From Octopus sinensis (lineage: Eukaryota), in NCBI RefSeq assembly GCF_006345805.1, contig NC_042998.1, forward strand, positions 189,286,001 to 189,350,000: a DNA stretch of 64,000 nt. The letters are read 5' to 3'. The position numbers were made by a program, and so were the translations under genes. Position 1 is the stretch's first letter, and every line of letters begins with the position of its first letter. Of this stretch, positions 1-10,981 are shown piece after piece. Below the pieces are notes generated by a model. It ran no database searches, had not been told where the DNA came from, and worked only from the letters and a program-made list of their open reading frames with translations.

Positions 1-288
1 GTATTTGTTTCACAAATTTTCCAATTTGGAATCAATGCTTGATAACATGAAACTCCTATCCATTTTCAAAGTTGAAGAAAAATCGATGCCGAAAAAAATG
101 TGGAGAAAAATCTCCCAAAATTCAGGGAATTAAAATTACACGTCGATTTTACATGCATAATCACGTGTTTACGAAGCATAATCACGTGTTTTCACGAATG
201 TACTAAAGAGATTTGCTCTGATATTCTCATTTAAATATGAATAGGTAAATTCGGGTGGCTTTGGGCGGTTTGGTAACGAAAGGGTTAA
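1..288. mobile_element. Right end of a piggyBac-like (CCC..GGG/TTAA) non-autonomous DNA element
   Basis: Ends AAAGGG|TTAA at 285-288, is CpG-rich relative to its flanks and has an internal direct repeat GCATAATCACGTGTTT x2. Confidence 0.55.
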
Positions 289-734
289 GTCATAATTCAG
301 CTTATGCTTTCAATCATTCATTTGTTTTATGCCTGTTTATCCAAGCTGTCGCAGATTGGACAAAGATTTGAGACAGAATTTCAGAGCCAGCTGTCCTTTC
401 TCATCAAAGCTCACTTGTTGTTCAAGTAAGAAATTTTTCTTTATTCCACTGGTTCTTGAAAAACCAAAGTGATATGACACATTATCCACCGAGTATGTAA
501 ACATGGCATAATTTTTTGCTCAAGTGGTGACTTATGAAGAAGCAGTGACAACGAAGCAGATACACATTCAAGTGCACATATAACACGCAATACATTACTA
601 TATAGTTTCTATTTAACAATTCTACTCACAGGGCATTAGTCAGACTAAGGCTGTAGCTGAAGACACGTACCCAAGGGATCTCAGTGAGGCAGAACATATA
701 ACCATATGATAACAAAGCAATTTCTATATCTACA

Positions 735-915
735 TAGTCATGCCTGGCACATAAAAGCACCCATTACACTCTCAGAGTGGTTGGCATTAGGAAGGGCATC
801 CAGCCATAGAAAACTATGCCAAATCAGACTAGAGTTTGGTGCAGCCTTCCAGGTAACCAGCCCTGGTCAAACCATCCTACCCATGCCAGTATGGCCAATG
901 GAGGTTAAATGAAAT
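735..915 (+). mobile_element. 5'-truncated RTE LINE 3' tail copy
   Basis: Matches the repeated tail GGCACATAAAAGCACC...GAAGGGCATCCAG...CCCATGC...GTTAAATGA seen about 20 times in the window. Confidence 0.75.
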
Positions 916-919
916 TGAT

Positions 920-968
<49 letters not shown>

Positions 969-976
<8 letters not shown>

Positions 977-1240
977 TAAATGAAAAGAATGGAGTCGAAC
1001 GAAAATTTTAACCAAATTCCTTTACTTTCGACATATGTTTTGAAGACTGCATACTCTTAATTCTGAAGGAATGAAGGTTGCATTATGCCGTCTTCTCATC
1101 AGGAAATACAAGGAACCTCTGTCAGCCTCAAGACGGACAAAAGCTTCTTAATAACTGCCTACATGATGGAAATCATATCGAAAGTAAAGGAATTTGGTTA
1201 AAATTTTCGTTCGACTCCATTCTTTTCATTTATTCATATA
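969..1240 (-). mobile_element. Penelope-like element remnant with a perfect 62-bp inverted repeat
   Basis: 969-1030 is the exact reverse complement of 1179-1240, and the spacer carries a hammerhead core typical of Penelope pLTRs. Confidence 0.6.
1026..1106 (-). ncRNA. Type I minimal hammerhead ribozyme motif, probably inactive (G12A)
   Basis: Minus strand reads UUUC-CUGAUGA-GAAGACGGCAUA..UAUGCAGUCUUC-AAAA-CAUAUGUC|GAAA: 4-bp stem I, 12-bp stem II with one mismatch, palindromic stem III ACAUAUGU and GUC cleavage triplet. Confidence 0.65.
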
Positions 1241-1387
1241 AAGAAACACACAAATTTCCACACACAAACACGAAGTTCTGACCTTGGCATGTAACTTCAA
1301 CCGTGTTTTACTGACGTGAATTTGCTACTCAGGTATCGATTAACCGAATTATCCATACTAGGATAATTCATTCACCTACTTAATATT

Positions 1388-1439
<52 letters not shown>

Positions 1440-2988
1440 AATGCATGCATGTGTGTGTATTTAATTATCCTAAGGAACAGGCAAGGTTGAATGGCTTAGA
1501 AGTTCACTTCCAATTATGTAATTTTGAGTTCAGTCCTATAGCACTTACTATTGCCCGAAGCCAAGCAATGCATTGTGAGTGAATTTGGAAGATGGAAATT
1601 GCTAATACCTATCCTCTGTGTGTGTGTGTGTGTATGTGTGTGTTCGTGCACACGTGCAGACAAATGTGCATAAATGTTGATATCTCGTTTGACACAGTGG
1701 TGATGATATAAACATTACTTATTGTAATTACAACCAGTCACTGCGTTTTGAAGACCTTCGTAATATGAAATACCCTTACCTGGAAAACAGGAAAATCATT
1801 CATGTTCAATGCTGTCAAGAGTCAGACAGTTTGACAGGTCCAAGGACTGCATGTTCCAATGTCTGCTTTGGCATGGTTTCTATGGCTAGATACCTTTCCA
1901 AATGCCAACCACTTTACAAAGTATACTGGATACTTTTTTTTCCCTAACATTAGCACAAGTGAGGTTGCCATGCAGTTTGTAAAACTATATCCCCTTTGAC
2001 TGAGGGGGTTGCAGTAACTCCCAACCAAAACCAAGAACACTACCATAGAAATTAAATGCTGAACTAAACAAACAAACAACTATATACACATGCCACTATT
2101 GTTTGTAAGTCCATTTTTCACATGTTGGCATGTATTGGACAAGACTTCTTGAAGCAGTATTCTAAGGTTGGATGCCCTTCCTGCCATCAGCTCCTACTAA
2201 TTTTCCAAGTAAGCTGTTTTTATTCCACTGGTCTTACACATCAAAACCACAAAACTACTGGATGTATTAAGGGAGCTGTAACAAACATGCTATAGCTAAG
2301 TGAAGTCAATTTAAAGACACACAGAACAAATAGTTGTACAGAAACATGACAGGCATCCATATCATTTACATCTACCAAATTTCATTTACAAGGCATTGGT
2401 CAGCCTGTGAGCTAATGTAGAAGACATGTTGAAGATGCTACACAGTGAAAGAGAACCCAAAACAATGTGGTTGTGAAGCAAACTTTGTAATTGCACATCC
2501 ATGACTTGAGGAACAACTACTATGTGTTTCAGGTTCTGTCTCACTGCATGGCACCTGGGGCAGTTGTCTTCTACTAAATAACCTCGGGTCAAGCAAATGT
2601 CCTGAGAGTGGGACTAGTAGGCAGAAACTATAATGGAAGCTTGCAGTGTGTGTGTGTGTGTGTATGCACGCACACATTTGAGCATGGGTTTGCAAACATA
2701 AATGTTTACATTCCATATTTTTGTAGGACACCATCTGAGCAAAATGTCAACCCCACATCTCCAGCAAAAAAAGATATATTCTGTAGTTGTGTATTTTCAA
2801 AGACCAGCAGAATGTAAAAAAACAGAATGGGTTGGCATCAGGAAAAACATATACAGTAGTAAAATACTGCCTTAAGTTTCTGTCCAATCCATACCAGCAT
2901 GGAAAAATAGAGAAATGAAAAATGATTAACACGTGCCATACAGAATCCAAGATAAAATAGGTAATAGATGCTTCGTTAAAATACTTAC

Positions 2989-3113
2989 TTCAGTTGCTTC
3001 AGTACTGCTGGCCAATTGTCTTGAATAGATGGATTTGTATACACAATAGAGTGAAACAAATGACGATTGTAAAAATCCCACGTAACATCAAATTTCTTCC
3101 AATGATCTTTCTC
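2989..3113 (-). CDS. FAM193A: FAM193A-like exon (EKDHWKKFDVTWDFYNRHLFHSIVYTNPSIQDNWPAVLKQL)
   Basis: Acceptor tttttcag|GAG and donor CTGAA|GTAAGT; 125 nt, phase 0 to 2. It matches FAM193A ENEHLKKFQVTWELHNKHLFENLV in length and motif. Too short for the ORF track. Confidence 0.92.
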
Positions 3114-3830
3114 CTGAAAAAATCATGTTATAACATGCATTCAAGTTTTAAATGATTTTATATAAAAAATACATATATAATGTATTTTTGTAACACTCAA
3201 AGACTTATCATACCCCCTTTTGAACAATGAAGGAAACTGAAAATACTGGCTTGCTACATAAGTCAGTATTTTCAGAGAGAAATATTTCAACCCACAAAGA
3301 TATCTAAAATTAAAAGTTAAAATTTTAAACAAAATTTCAACTGAATTTATTATAAAAGGGATTTTCTTTAAGACTTATCTTTTTCTATGCTTTAGATAAC
3401 CTTTGAACAAACTTTAAGAAATTTTTAGTAAAACTATTTTTTAATTGAATGAATTTTTGAAAAAAAAAAAAATTAATCATTTTATTTGATAGGGACTGTG
3501 CTAAACTAAATATTAATTGAAATTCCCTTTAGATTAACAGAACATTCCATTTGTAATTGGTACAACCACTTAAATGATATGTACAAGCATTGATAACTTA
3601 TAAGGACAGAGATAGCCAAGTTCCAAAAAAACAACAATTTTAGGGTCTATAAACATTGTAAGGACATTTTCACACAATAGTTATTAGCTTTAAACGTTTT
3701 TATGCATATTTTCCAAAAGATACTTAATACTTTGTGAGGTAGTAAAGGAAACTCTAAAAATATTTCTCAAACCATGAATAACACATTTTCTATAAACTAA
3801 AAAAACCAAAAAAAAAAAAAAAAAACCTAC

Positions 3831-4041
3831 CAGTTCAGTTAATATGTCCGATACTTTAGATGCAGCTTGACATAATTGTCTATATTCATCAAAAAGGAGA
3901 AAAACAAAATCCCTTGCTTCATTAGGACACCTGTATTCAATATCTAATTGTTCTAACAGCTTCTCTCTTTTTTCTATCACAAATTCTTTAGCCTGCGATT
4001 CTAACCGCATAAATAGTTGGTGTGTATCTCTTGTATATAAC
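3831..4041 (-). CDS. FAM193A: FAM193A-like exon (LYTRDTHQLFMRLESQAKEFVIEKREKLLEQL...FVFLLFDEYRQLCQAASKVSDILTEL)
   Basis: Acceptor catttccag|G and donor CTG|GTAGGT; 211 nt, phase 2 to 0. Strong resemblance to FAM193A LCERDPYQLYQRLEQQAREYVLE...FISLLLEEYGALCQAA. Confidence 0.93.
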
Positions 4042-4639
4042 CTGGAAATGAAGAATATAAAATATTTATAAACTCTGAACATTAATCATCATGAAATCAG
4101 TATTATTTTTTTATATTGAAATAATATTGATAAATGACCCCATATTTTTTTTCATTCCAAAACAAAAAGGTCTTCTCTGCAAGCATCTCTAACATTTTGC
4201 ACATAGTATTCAATGGCTCAAAATATGAATACAAGTCAAACTGATGAGAATTAAGTCATTTTGTCCAGTTCGTGATATCAGATTGGATCTTGAATCAATC
4301 TGATAAGAGATACAGTCAAATCAGATCTTATATCAATATCTGATCCTCACCTATAAGGTATCCACCACTGGTATCACAACTGGTTGACAATCTGTGTTTT
4401 CACCAAGTGTATTAAACTTTTATTCATTTTGCAGATTCATTGGTTAGAGGCAACTCATCCTTGGTGAACTCTAACATGAGTACATGACATCACAAACACC
4501 ACTTTTAAGCAGCAATAGTACCAGCAATGACCCAATGAGGGAGCCTCTGTTTAGTTGCTAGAACTACTAAAAGTCAAATCTCCCTCAAACCACACCTTGT
4601 TGTCATTAAAAAAATGGGATAATGTAATTTATAATACAA

Positions 4640-4895
4640 CATATCATTATCATCGTCATTTAACATCCTCTTTCTATGCTGGCATGGGTTGGACGGTTTG
4701 ACCAAGAACTGGCAAGCTGGGAGGCTGCACCAGGCTCCAATCTGATTTGGTAAGGTTTCTACAACTGGATGCCCTTTCTAATGCCAACCACTGCAAGAGT
4801 GTAGTGGGTGCTTTTTATGTGCCACCAGCATCGGAACCAGTCAGGTGGCACTGGCATCAGCCACGCTTGAATGGTGCTTTTTATGTGCCACTGCA
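4640..4895 (-). mobile_element. RTE LINE 3' tail copy (reverse)
   Basis: (ATC)n tail then CATGCTGGCATGGGTTGGACGG...GGATGCCC...GTGCCAC; reverse complement of the same tail family. Confidence 0.8.
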
Positions 4896-5539
4896 AAAGA
4901 AAAAAGTGGGATGGTCACAGATGAATTGTCTTATCATACATTGGCTTAATCAGGCCTGAGCAAAGATGAAACAGCAATAATACATAGCAATAAGCAATTA
5001 AGTGCAGTGTTGTTAATGATACTGACTACATGACCACAAATTCAAATACTATTATTGGGTTGTGTCTCTGAGCAAGACACTTTACTTTCTTTTATTTACT
5101 TGACTGTGAACCACAAACAAGTTTAATTTTGACTTCTCAACTGAATGGTTGGCTAGCACCAGCAATATGAAAAACATTCAGTTTTAAAAACTATTGTTCC
5201 AACAGATATCACATATCATACATGTAGGCATGGAAAGTGAATACCAATTAGTAGAAGAATAAAGCACGTTCTTCGAAACTGTTCACACAACAAACAAAAA
5301 TACCAAAACTTTACAGTATGAGATTATTTTTATGTATACTCTGTATACTAGAGGAGCAACAAATAAGTATAAAGTACTCAATTCCTGGCTTCTGGGTTTG
5401 CCAAGATCCCAGCATCCAGATGACAAAATTAAAAGAATCATATTACTAAGCCAAAGGCTTTATATTAGTACAAAACTTCCCCTAACAGTATTAATGATAG
5501 TTGATAATATAAACTAGAGCAATGGTTAGATATCAAGTT

Positions 5540-6500
5540 ACATAATCATTTATGCTATAGATGAAGAGTTGAAACATGCGCAATTTTTGCCAGACCATTA
5601 ATAATAAAGGGCTAATTGTAGCTTCTACAAAGAGTGTGCTGTCTTGGCTAACATCTTGAAGGTTTTGCCTGCCTCTTCTCAGGAAACTGAAATATATAAT
5701 TAACTGGTAAGACCAGTCTTCTGGCTGGATTTTTCCAAGTACTTCTCCAACCCTCTCACAAAATTAATCACACAAAATCATGTGCAAAAAACAGTTCCAC
5801 AAGATTGGAAAGATGCTGTCATACAGTTTTTTTCTCAAAAAAAGTGACCATATCATATATATGCAGTAATTACACATGTATCGTCTGATTAACACTACTA
5901 CTAATGCTTTTGCAGTGATTCTTCTCAACCATTTCAATATAACACTTGCTCATTGGACCAAATCAAATTAATGCAGATTCTGCCTAGACAAAGGCTATAT
6001 AAGCCAGCTGTTTATGCTCTCACAACTTAAGCAAAGACATGCTTACAGTCAGCTGACAGTTACCACTTTTATTTATTTATTTATTTATTTATTTTGCTGG
6101 TTTTAAATTCTAAAGATAAACTTAAAATTAATTCCACCCTAGCTGCTGAACCTGATAAGGGTTCACTTTGAATACATTCAGACCAAAGTCGAGGATTACA
6201 TAAAAGGAAGGACTGATTTGTTTGAAGCAACATACATCAGGCATGCATCCTATCTTCCACTTTGTCTAACTATACAATCAACTATTTACAACAACATATT
6301 GTTCAAATATAGTAGTGTTAAAATCAGAGCCCAGACCAAAATCATAGATATCAATTATGCTGAAGGTGTAGCACTACTTGCTGCACTCTAAAATGAACTA
6401 CAATTTCTCTTAAAAGAGATGGACACATGTACAATCAGTCATTAAATTATAACTGCATAACATCATAAAACTTCTTTACAAAAATTTGAAAAAACAGAAA
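5540..6500 (+). mobile_element. Highly decayed RTE-class LINE reverse-transcriptase fragment
   Basis: Broken motifs VPQDWKDAVI, C.NY..I.L, and DINYAEG (a YADD equivalent), with many stops and frameshifts. Confidence 0.55.
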
Positions 6501-6972
6501 CCCTGAGAAATATTAGAATCAATAAGATTTGTTCTGTAGAAACAACAAAATATGTTGATACAGATACATTTTATTGTGATTTTCTATTACCAATACCCTT
6601 TACCCCATAGGGATACCATTCATATAATGGTAAATTCTACAATTTACTTTCAGATACTTTCTAGGCCAACCTTAATTCATTCTCAATAATGATCATTGAC
6701 CTTCTCCATTAATACACACTCTAGTCAAGTTAAATTAGGTGTCAACAGATAGAAGTTCAGAAAATATTCCCAGCTGTTCATTAACTATCATTTGTCCCAC
6801 ATTTTTAAAAGTATGGTAACAAAAAACTAGTGCAGACACAAATAGAAATGAACACTGGGGAGGAATTAAATCCAATGATTAATAATGTTAAAAAAAAATT
6901 AATTGAAAAATTCAACTTCTATTTACATGTGGACTGCATTTATAGTTTTGAAGAGCATAGTTGTCTGCCCCT

Positions 6973-7015
<43 letters not shown>

Positions 7016-7269
7016 TGATTTTGTTTTAGAAGACGGCCAACTGATCCCAGTGAAGTGAAGTTTTTCAACTCCTGTTACATACGAGGCCCTATCGTATGTG
7101 CTTTCGGCTAAGCTGGTCTCCCTATTGTTTACTGGCTTTCAGAAAACGGAAAACTGATTTTTGCATATGAAGCTGTCTCTTAGATTCCAACTCACTCTTC
7201 CCATTCAGTCTACAACCTTAATGTAAGTCCAATGAAAAGTAAGTCTGCTGAATCTTGAAATGCTCAAAA

Positions 7270-7780
7270 TAGATGCATGCCAGGATAATTAAGCTTAGAG
7301 AGTCTTGGAAAACACAACATTAATATCTCTGCATATGCTCCTCAAATGGGACTGGAAGATGAACAAAAGGACCAAGTGTCACAATCCCCTTTGGTAGATT
7401 ACCTCAATGATGGATGACAGTAACCTTATCTTTATGACTGGTGACTTCATAAAACTTGAGGAGTAATCTGGTCGATTCTATAGTATACATAGAAGCTATG
7501 ACTCTGGTCCTAGAAATAAGGAGGGAACAAGGCTCTTGGAGTTCTGTGATACAAATGAAATGCTGGTCTACAACACTAACTTCAAGAAACCAAACAGTGC
7601 CCTGATCACCAATCAATTTGGTGAACACACAAGCCAGATGGACTGTATTCTCACCAGAGAACGGAATAGACAGATGCTTGTGAATGCAAAATCCTTCTCA
7701 GGCACAAAATGTACAGCCCAACATAGTTTCACAGGAAGTGACTTCTGACTTAGAGCTAAAAGGACTCAAAAGCACAAACC
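7270..7780 (+). mobile_element. Decayed RTE LINE APE endonuclease fragment
   Basis: ISAYAPQMG, GDF and RNKEGTRLLEFCDTNEMLVYNTNFKK...SQMDCIL...CTAQH motifs. Confidence 0.7.
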
Positions 7781-7867
7781 TGTTGTTTTAACAGGTAGTT
7801 TTCCATGTTTGCTTGCATCAGACAAAATAAGCAAATTTTATACAACCAGATGCCCTTCCTGTGACAA

Positions 7868-8165
7868 CATTCACCCGGGGTGGGTTGAGCTGGCTTCATT
7901 CATCCTCAATGCTGCATCTCTCACAAACGCCGACTAGACCTGGCTAGCAACCGCTTGATCTCCGACCACTCCTTATTCCAGTGGCGAACGCCGTAGATAT
8001 GGGGACCTAGGTTGGGTTCCAGATAAGCCTTGACTGTCATCAGCCAGGTTTTTTTGTTGTCCACCACATCACTTACGCCAACTCTGAAGGGAAGCTGGGG
8101 CAATTGCTTCATAGATGAATTCTCCTGGCTGACGACGGAGAGCATGGCCCAGCCAATGCAATATT
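7868..8165 (-). mobile_element. RTE LINE 3' end (second RTE family)
   Basis: KTWLMTVKAYLEPNLGPHIYGVRHWNKEW; same family as 10170-10525. Confidence 0.75.
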
Positions 8166-8654
8166 ACCCCAAGACTGATCATGTTTCCACAGAAAATTGA
8201 AATCAAATGACACCATTTGTATGATGATAACACTCATTTACAACTATTGTGCAAGGAGACACAAGCACATACACACACATAGCAGGCTTCTTTCAGTTTC
8301 CATCTCCCAAGGTTTTGGTCCATCCAGGGTTATAGAAGACACTTGCCCTACATAGTACTCAGTTGGACTGAAACCATGTGGTTAGAAAGCAAATTTCTTA
8401 ACTATTGAAAACTGAAAATTCCCTACAAACCTCCTGCATATATCGAGTGAGTGAGTGAGTGAAAGTGTCTGTGTGTTGTGTGTGAATGCCTATATTCTGT
8501 GCTTGGTATGAAGGAGAGTAGAACCACAAAGCTCCAGATTAAGACATTTCCTTGTAGCTTTGTACTTCTGAAAATGAGGGGAATGAAAATTCTCTTGGAA
8601 AAATAGATGGTTAGTGACAGGAAGGGCATCCAGCAGAAAAAGGCCTCAATAATA

Positions 8655-8900
8655 TGTATTCATATGTATTCTGTGAGCTGGCAGAATTGTTAGCACGCCA
8701 GGCGAAATGCTTAGCGGTATTTTGTCTGCTGCTATGCTCTGAGTTCAAATTCCGCCAAGGTCGACTTTGCCTTTCATCCTTTCGGGGTCGATTAAATAAG
8801 TACCAGTTAATCACTGGGGTCGATGTAATCGACTTAATCCCCTTGTCTGTCCTTGTTTGTCCCCTCTATGTTTAGCCCCTTGTGGGCAATAAAGAAATAA
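8655..8900 (+). mobile_element. tRNA-derived SINE (Meta-domain-like central region), near full length
   Basis: A-box-like TGGCAGAATTGTTAG, B-box-like GAGTTCAAATTCC, central GCCTTTCATCCTTTCGGGGTCGAT..AAGTACCAG and tail GGGCAATAAAGAAATA. Reverse copies at 27450-27665, 37975-38140 and the window end. Confidence 0.7.
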
Positions 8901-9459
8901 ATATGCATTCATTGAACCCATGCTCACATGGAAAATTGGACATAAAATTAATAAACAAACTTACAGAATGCTCAACAAGATAAAGGTGAAGAGTATTAAA
9001 TGTGCTAGATACTTGGGTTGTACTCTGCTCCCCTATGTGCTGAAGACAGCTTCAGTTGACCATCTATAATTTGATGTGATCTATACAACACTGATTATAT
9101 CACTTAAAATGTTGAAGAAAAGAATAAAACTACTGAAACTGAACAGTATTTCTGAAAACCTAACAGATAAATGAAAACCATTCTCAAGTTGGTCCTCAGG
9201 TCATTTGTTTTATTTAAACTATGATAAAATCACATTGAACTTTCAGTCTCAAATTATTATATTTTGCACATCATTTCTAAGTCTTCACAATAACTACAAA
9301 CTATTAGTATTAAGGGATGTAATTAAAAGTAAAATATCCATTCATAAGAAAATATGACCAGAAAAATCCTTTAGCTTTCCCTAGAGCTGGAAAAATAAAA
9401 ATCAAAGATACACAAAAATTATATATGCAAATGTACAAATGGACAATGTATTTCCTTAC

Positions 9460-9569
9460 CTTCTTTCCAGACATGTAACACAGGAACAAACCAACCCATT
9501 AGAATTTGAATCATTATTTGATGAAGAATTCATTTCTTTTAGAATTGGTAAAGATTTTGAATTTATATG
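9460..9569 (-). CDS. FAM193A: FAM193A-like exon (HINSKSLPILKEMNSSSNNDSNSNGLVCSCVTCLER)
   Basis: Acceptor tcattttctag|CAT and donor AGAAG|GTAAGG; 110 nt, phase 0 to 2. CSCVTCLERR matches the FAM193A CSCEACNERR motif. Confidence 0.88.
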
Positions 9570-10169
9570 CTAGAAAATGAAAAAAAAAATTTTTTTTTAA
9601 TTCTTTCGCTTATGAAGCAAAATAAAACAAAGACATTTCTTTCAAAAAGTTCACAGGAAAATTTTTTAATTACTTTCAATTGATGCAACAAGAAGCTTAA
9701 TGTTCATTTAAAATCATCTGCATCTCAGTTTTAAGAATAGCCAAAGGCTGCTGAAAAAGCTTGAAATATTGACAAGTCTTGTAAGCTTTAAAAGATCCCC
9801 ATTATATCACAAACTAACTCAAACAGTTCCGTGAAATTAGTTCCTTTGTGGCTTTCAGCTTACATCTTTAGATTTGTGACTACTCATGGAGACAAGACAT
9901 GCAATGTACAGTATCATATATTAAACATTTTGAAAGCTATTTTCGCTATTAAAATTCAAATGTCCTAACAATGTTTATAGACCCTAAAATTGTTGTTTTC
10001 TGGAACTTGGCTATCTCTGTCCTTATAAGTTATCAATGTTTGTACATATAAGAAATGAAGTGAATTCAACATTTCAGGCAGTAGTCTTTAGACTATTGTA
10101 TGCATTACTAAATATCAACTAGTAAACAAGGCAATAAAAATAATGTCCCTTGCTTCTTCTTCTCACAGC

Positions 10170-10525
10170 ATTCACCCGGGTTGGGTTGAGCTGGCTTCAT
10201 TCATCCTCAATGCTGCATCTCTCACAAACGCCGACCAGGCCTGGCGATTTGAGGCTAACGACCGCGTGATCTCCAACCACTCCTTATTCCAGCGGCAAAT
10301 GCCATAGATATGGGGGCCTAGATTGGATTCCAGATCAGCCTTGAATATCATCAGCCAGGTTTTTCGTTGTCCACCACATTGCTTTTGCCAACCCTGAAGG
10401 GGAGCTGGGGTAATTGCTTCGTAGATGAATTCTGCTGGTTGACAACAGAGGGCATGACCCAGCCAATGCAGACATCGTTGCTTAATAAACACAATGGCAT
10501 AACTCATGTGGATCCTTAACATGAA
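10170..10525 (-). mobile_element. RTE LINE C-terminal/3' end
   Basis: RCLHWLGHAL...GGQRKTW...GPHIYGICRWNKEW...NRQAWSAFVRDA, a typical RTE C-terminus. Confidence 0.8.
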
Positions 10526-10981
10526 CCAATAAATTCTTACCCACTACATTTGAAAAGTGAGGATGAAATTGCTAACATACCAACTGGTAAAAGATCCAAC
10601 ACAAAAAGCAACGTGAGATAAAGGGATAGGCATCAACAAGTAGCCTTTTATGAAGACAAAAAAGAAAAAAAAATCATTTTGTGTGCTATTGAATAATCAA
10701 ACTCATTCAAAACCAAACATAAAACAATTTTTTACCACCTAAACCCACATTTATTTTTTCTTTATCTTCATTTTTAACAAAGAGCTTCTTGTTGAAAACA
10801 TTGATACCTTCCCCTCACAACATACACTAACTTTATTTAATCTGTTTTTAATCAACAACCAGTTAACTCTGACACTGCACTTCAGGAAGGGAAAAACTGC
10901 TACTGCAAATCTAGTGAATTGTTTGTCCTATTTTTAAGTTTACATACAATGCTAGTTTCAGAAGTAACATAACTTCCCTCA

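Noticed and set aside
4241-4290. CTGATGAG as a hammerhead core (also 17643, 23203, 23226, 46184)
   Set aside because: No correctly placed GAAA, stem III or cleavage triplet.
5525-5690. Open frame with WQKLRMFQLFIY as the missing FAM193 exon
   Set aside because: Only the W..LR and IY positions match, the junction would give Ser instead of Arg, the donor phase is wrong, and it is antisense to a decayed RTE.
8655-8760. tRNA genes suggested by A/B boxes (also 47950 and 11760)
   Set aside because: No cloverleaf; they run into SINE bodies present in multiple copies.
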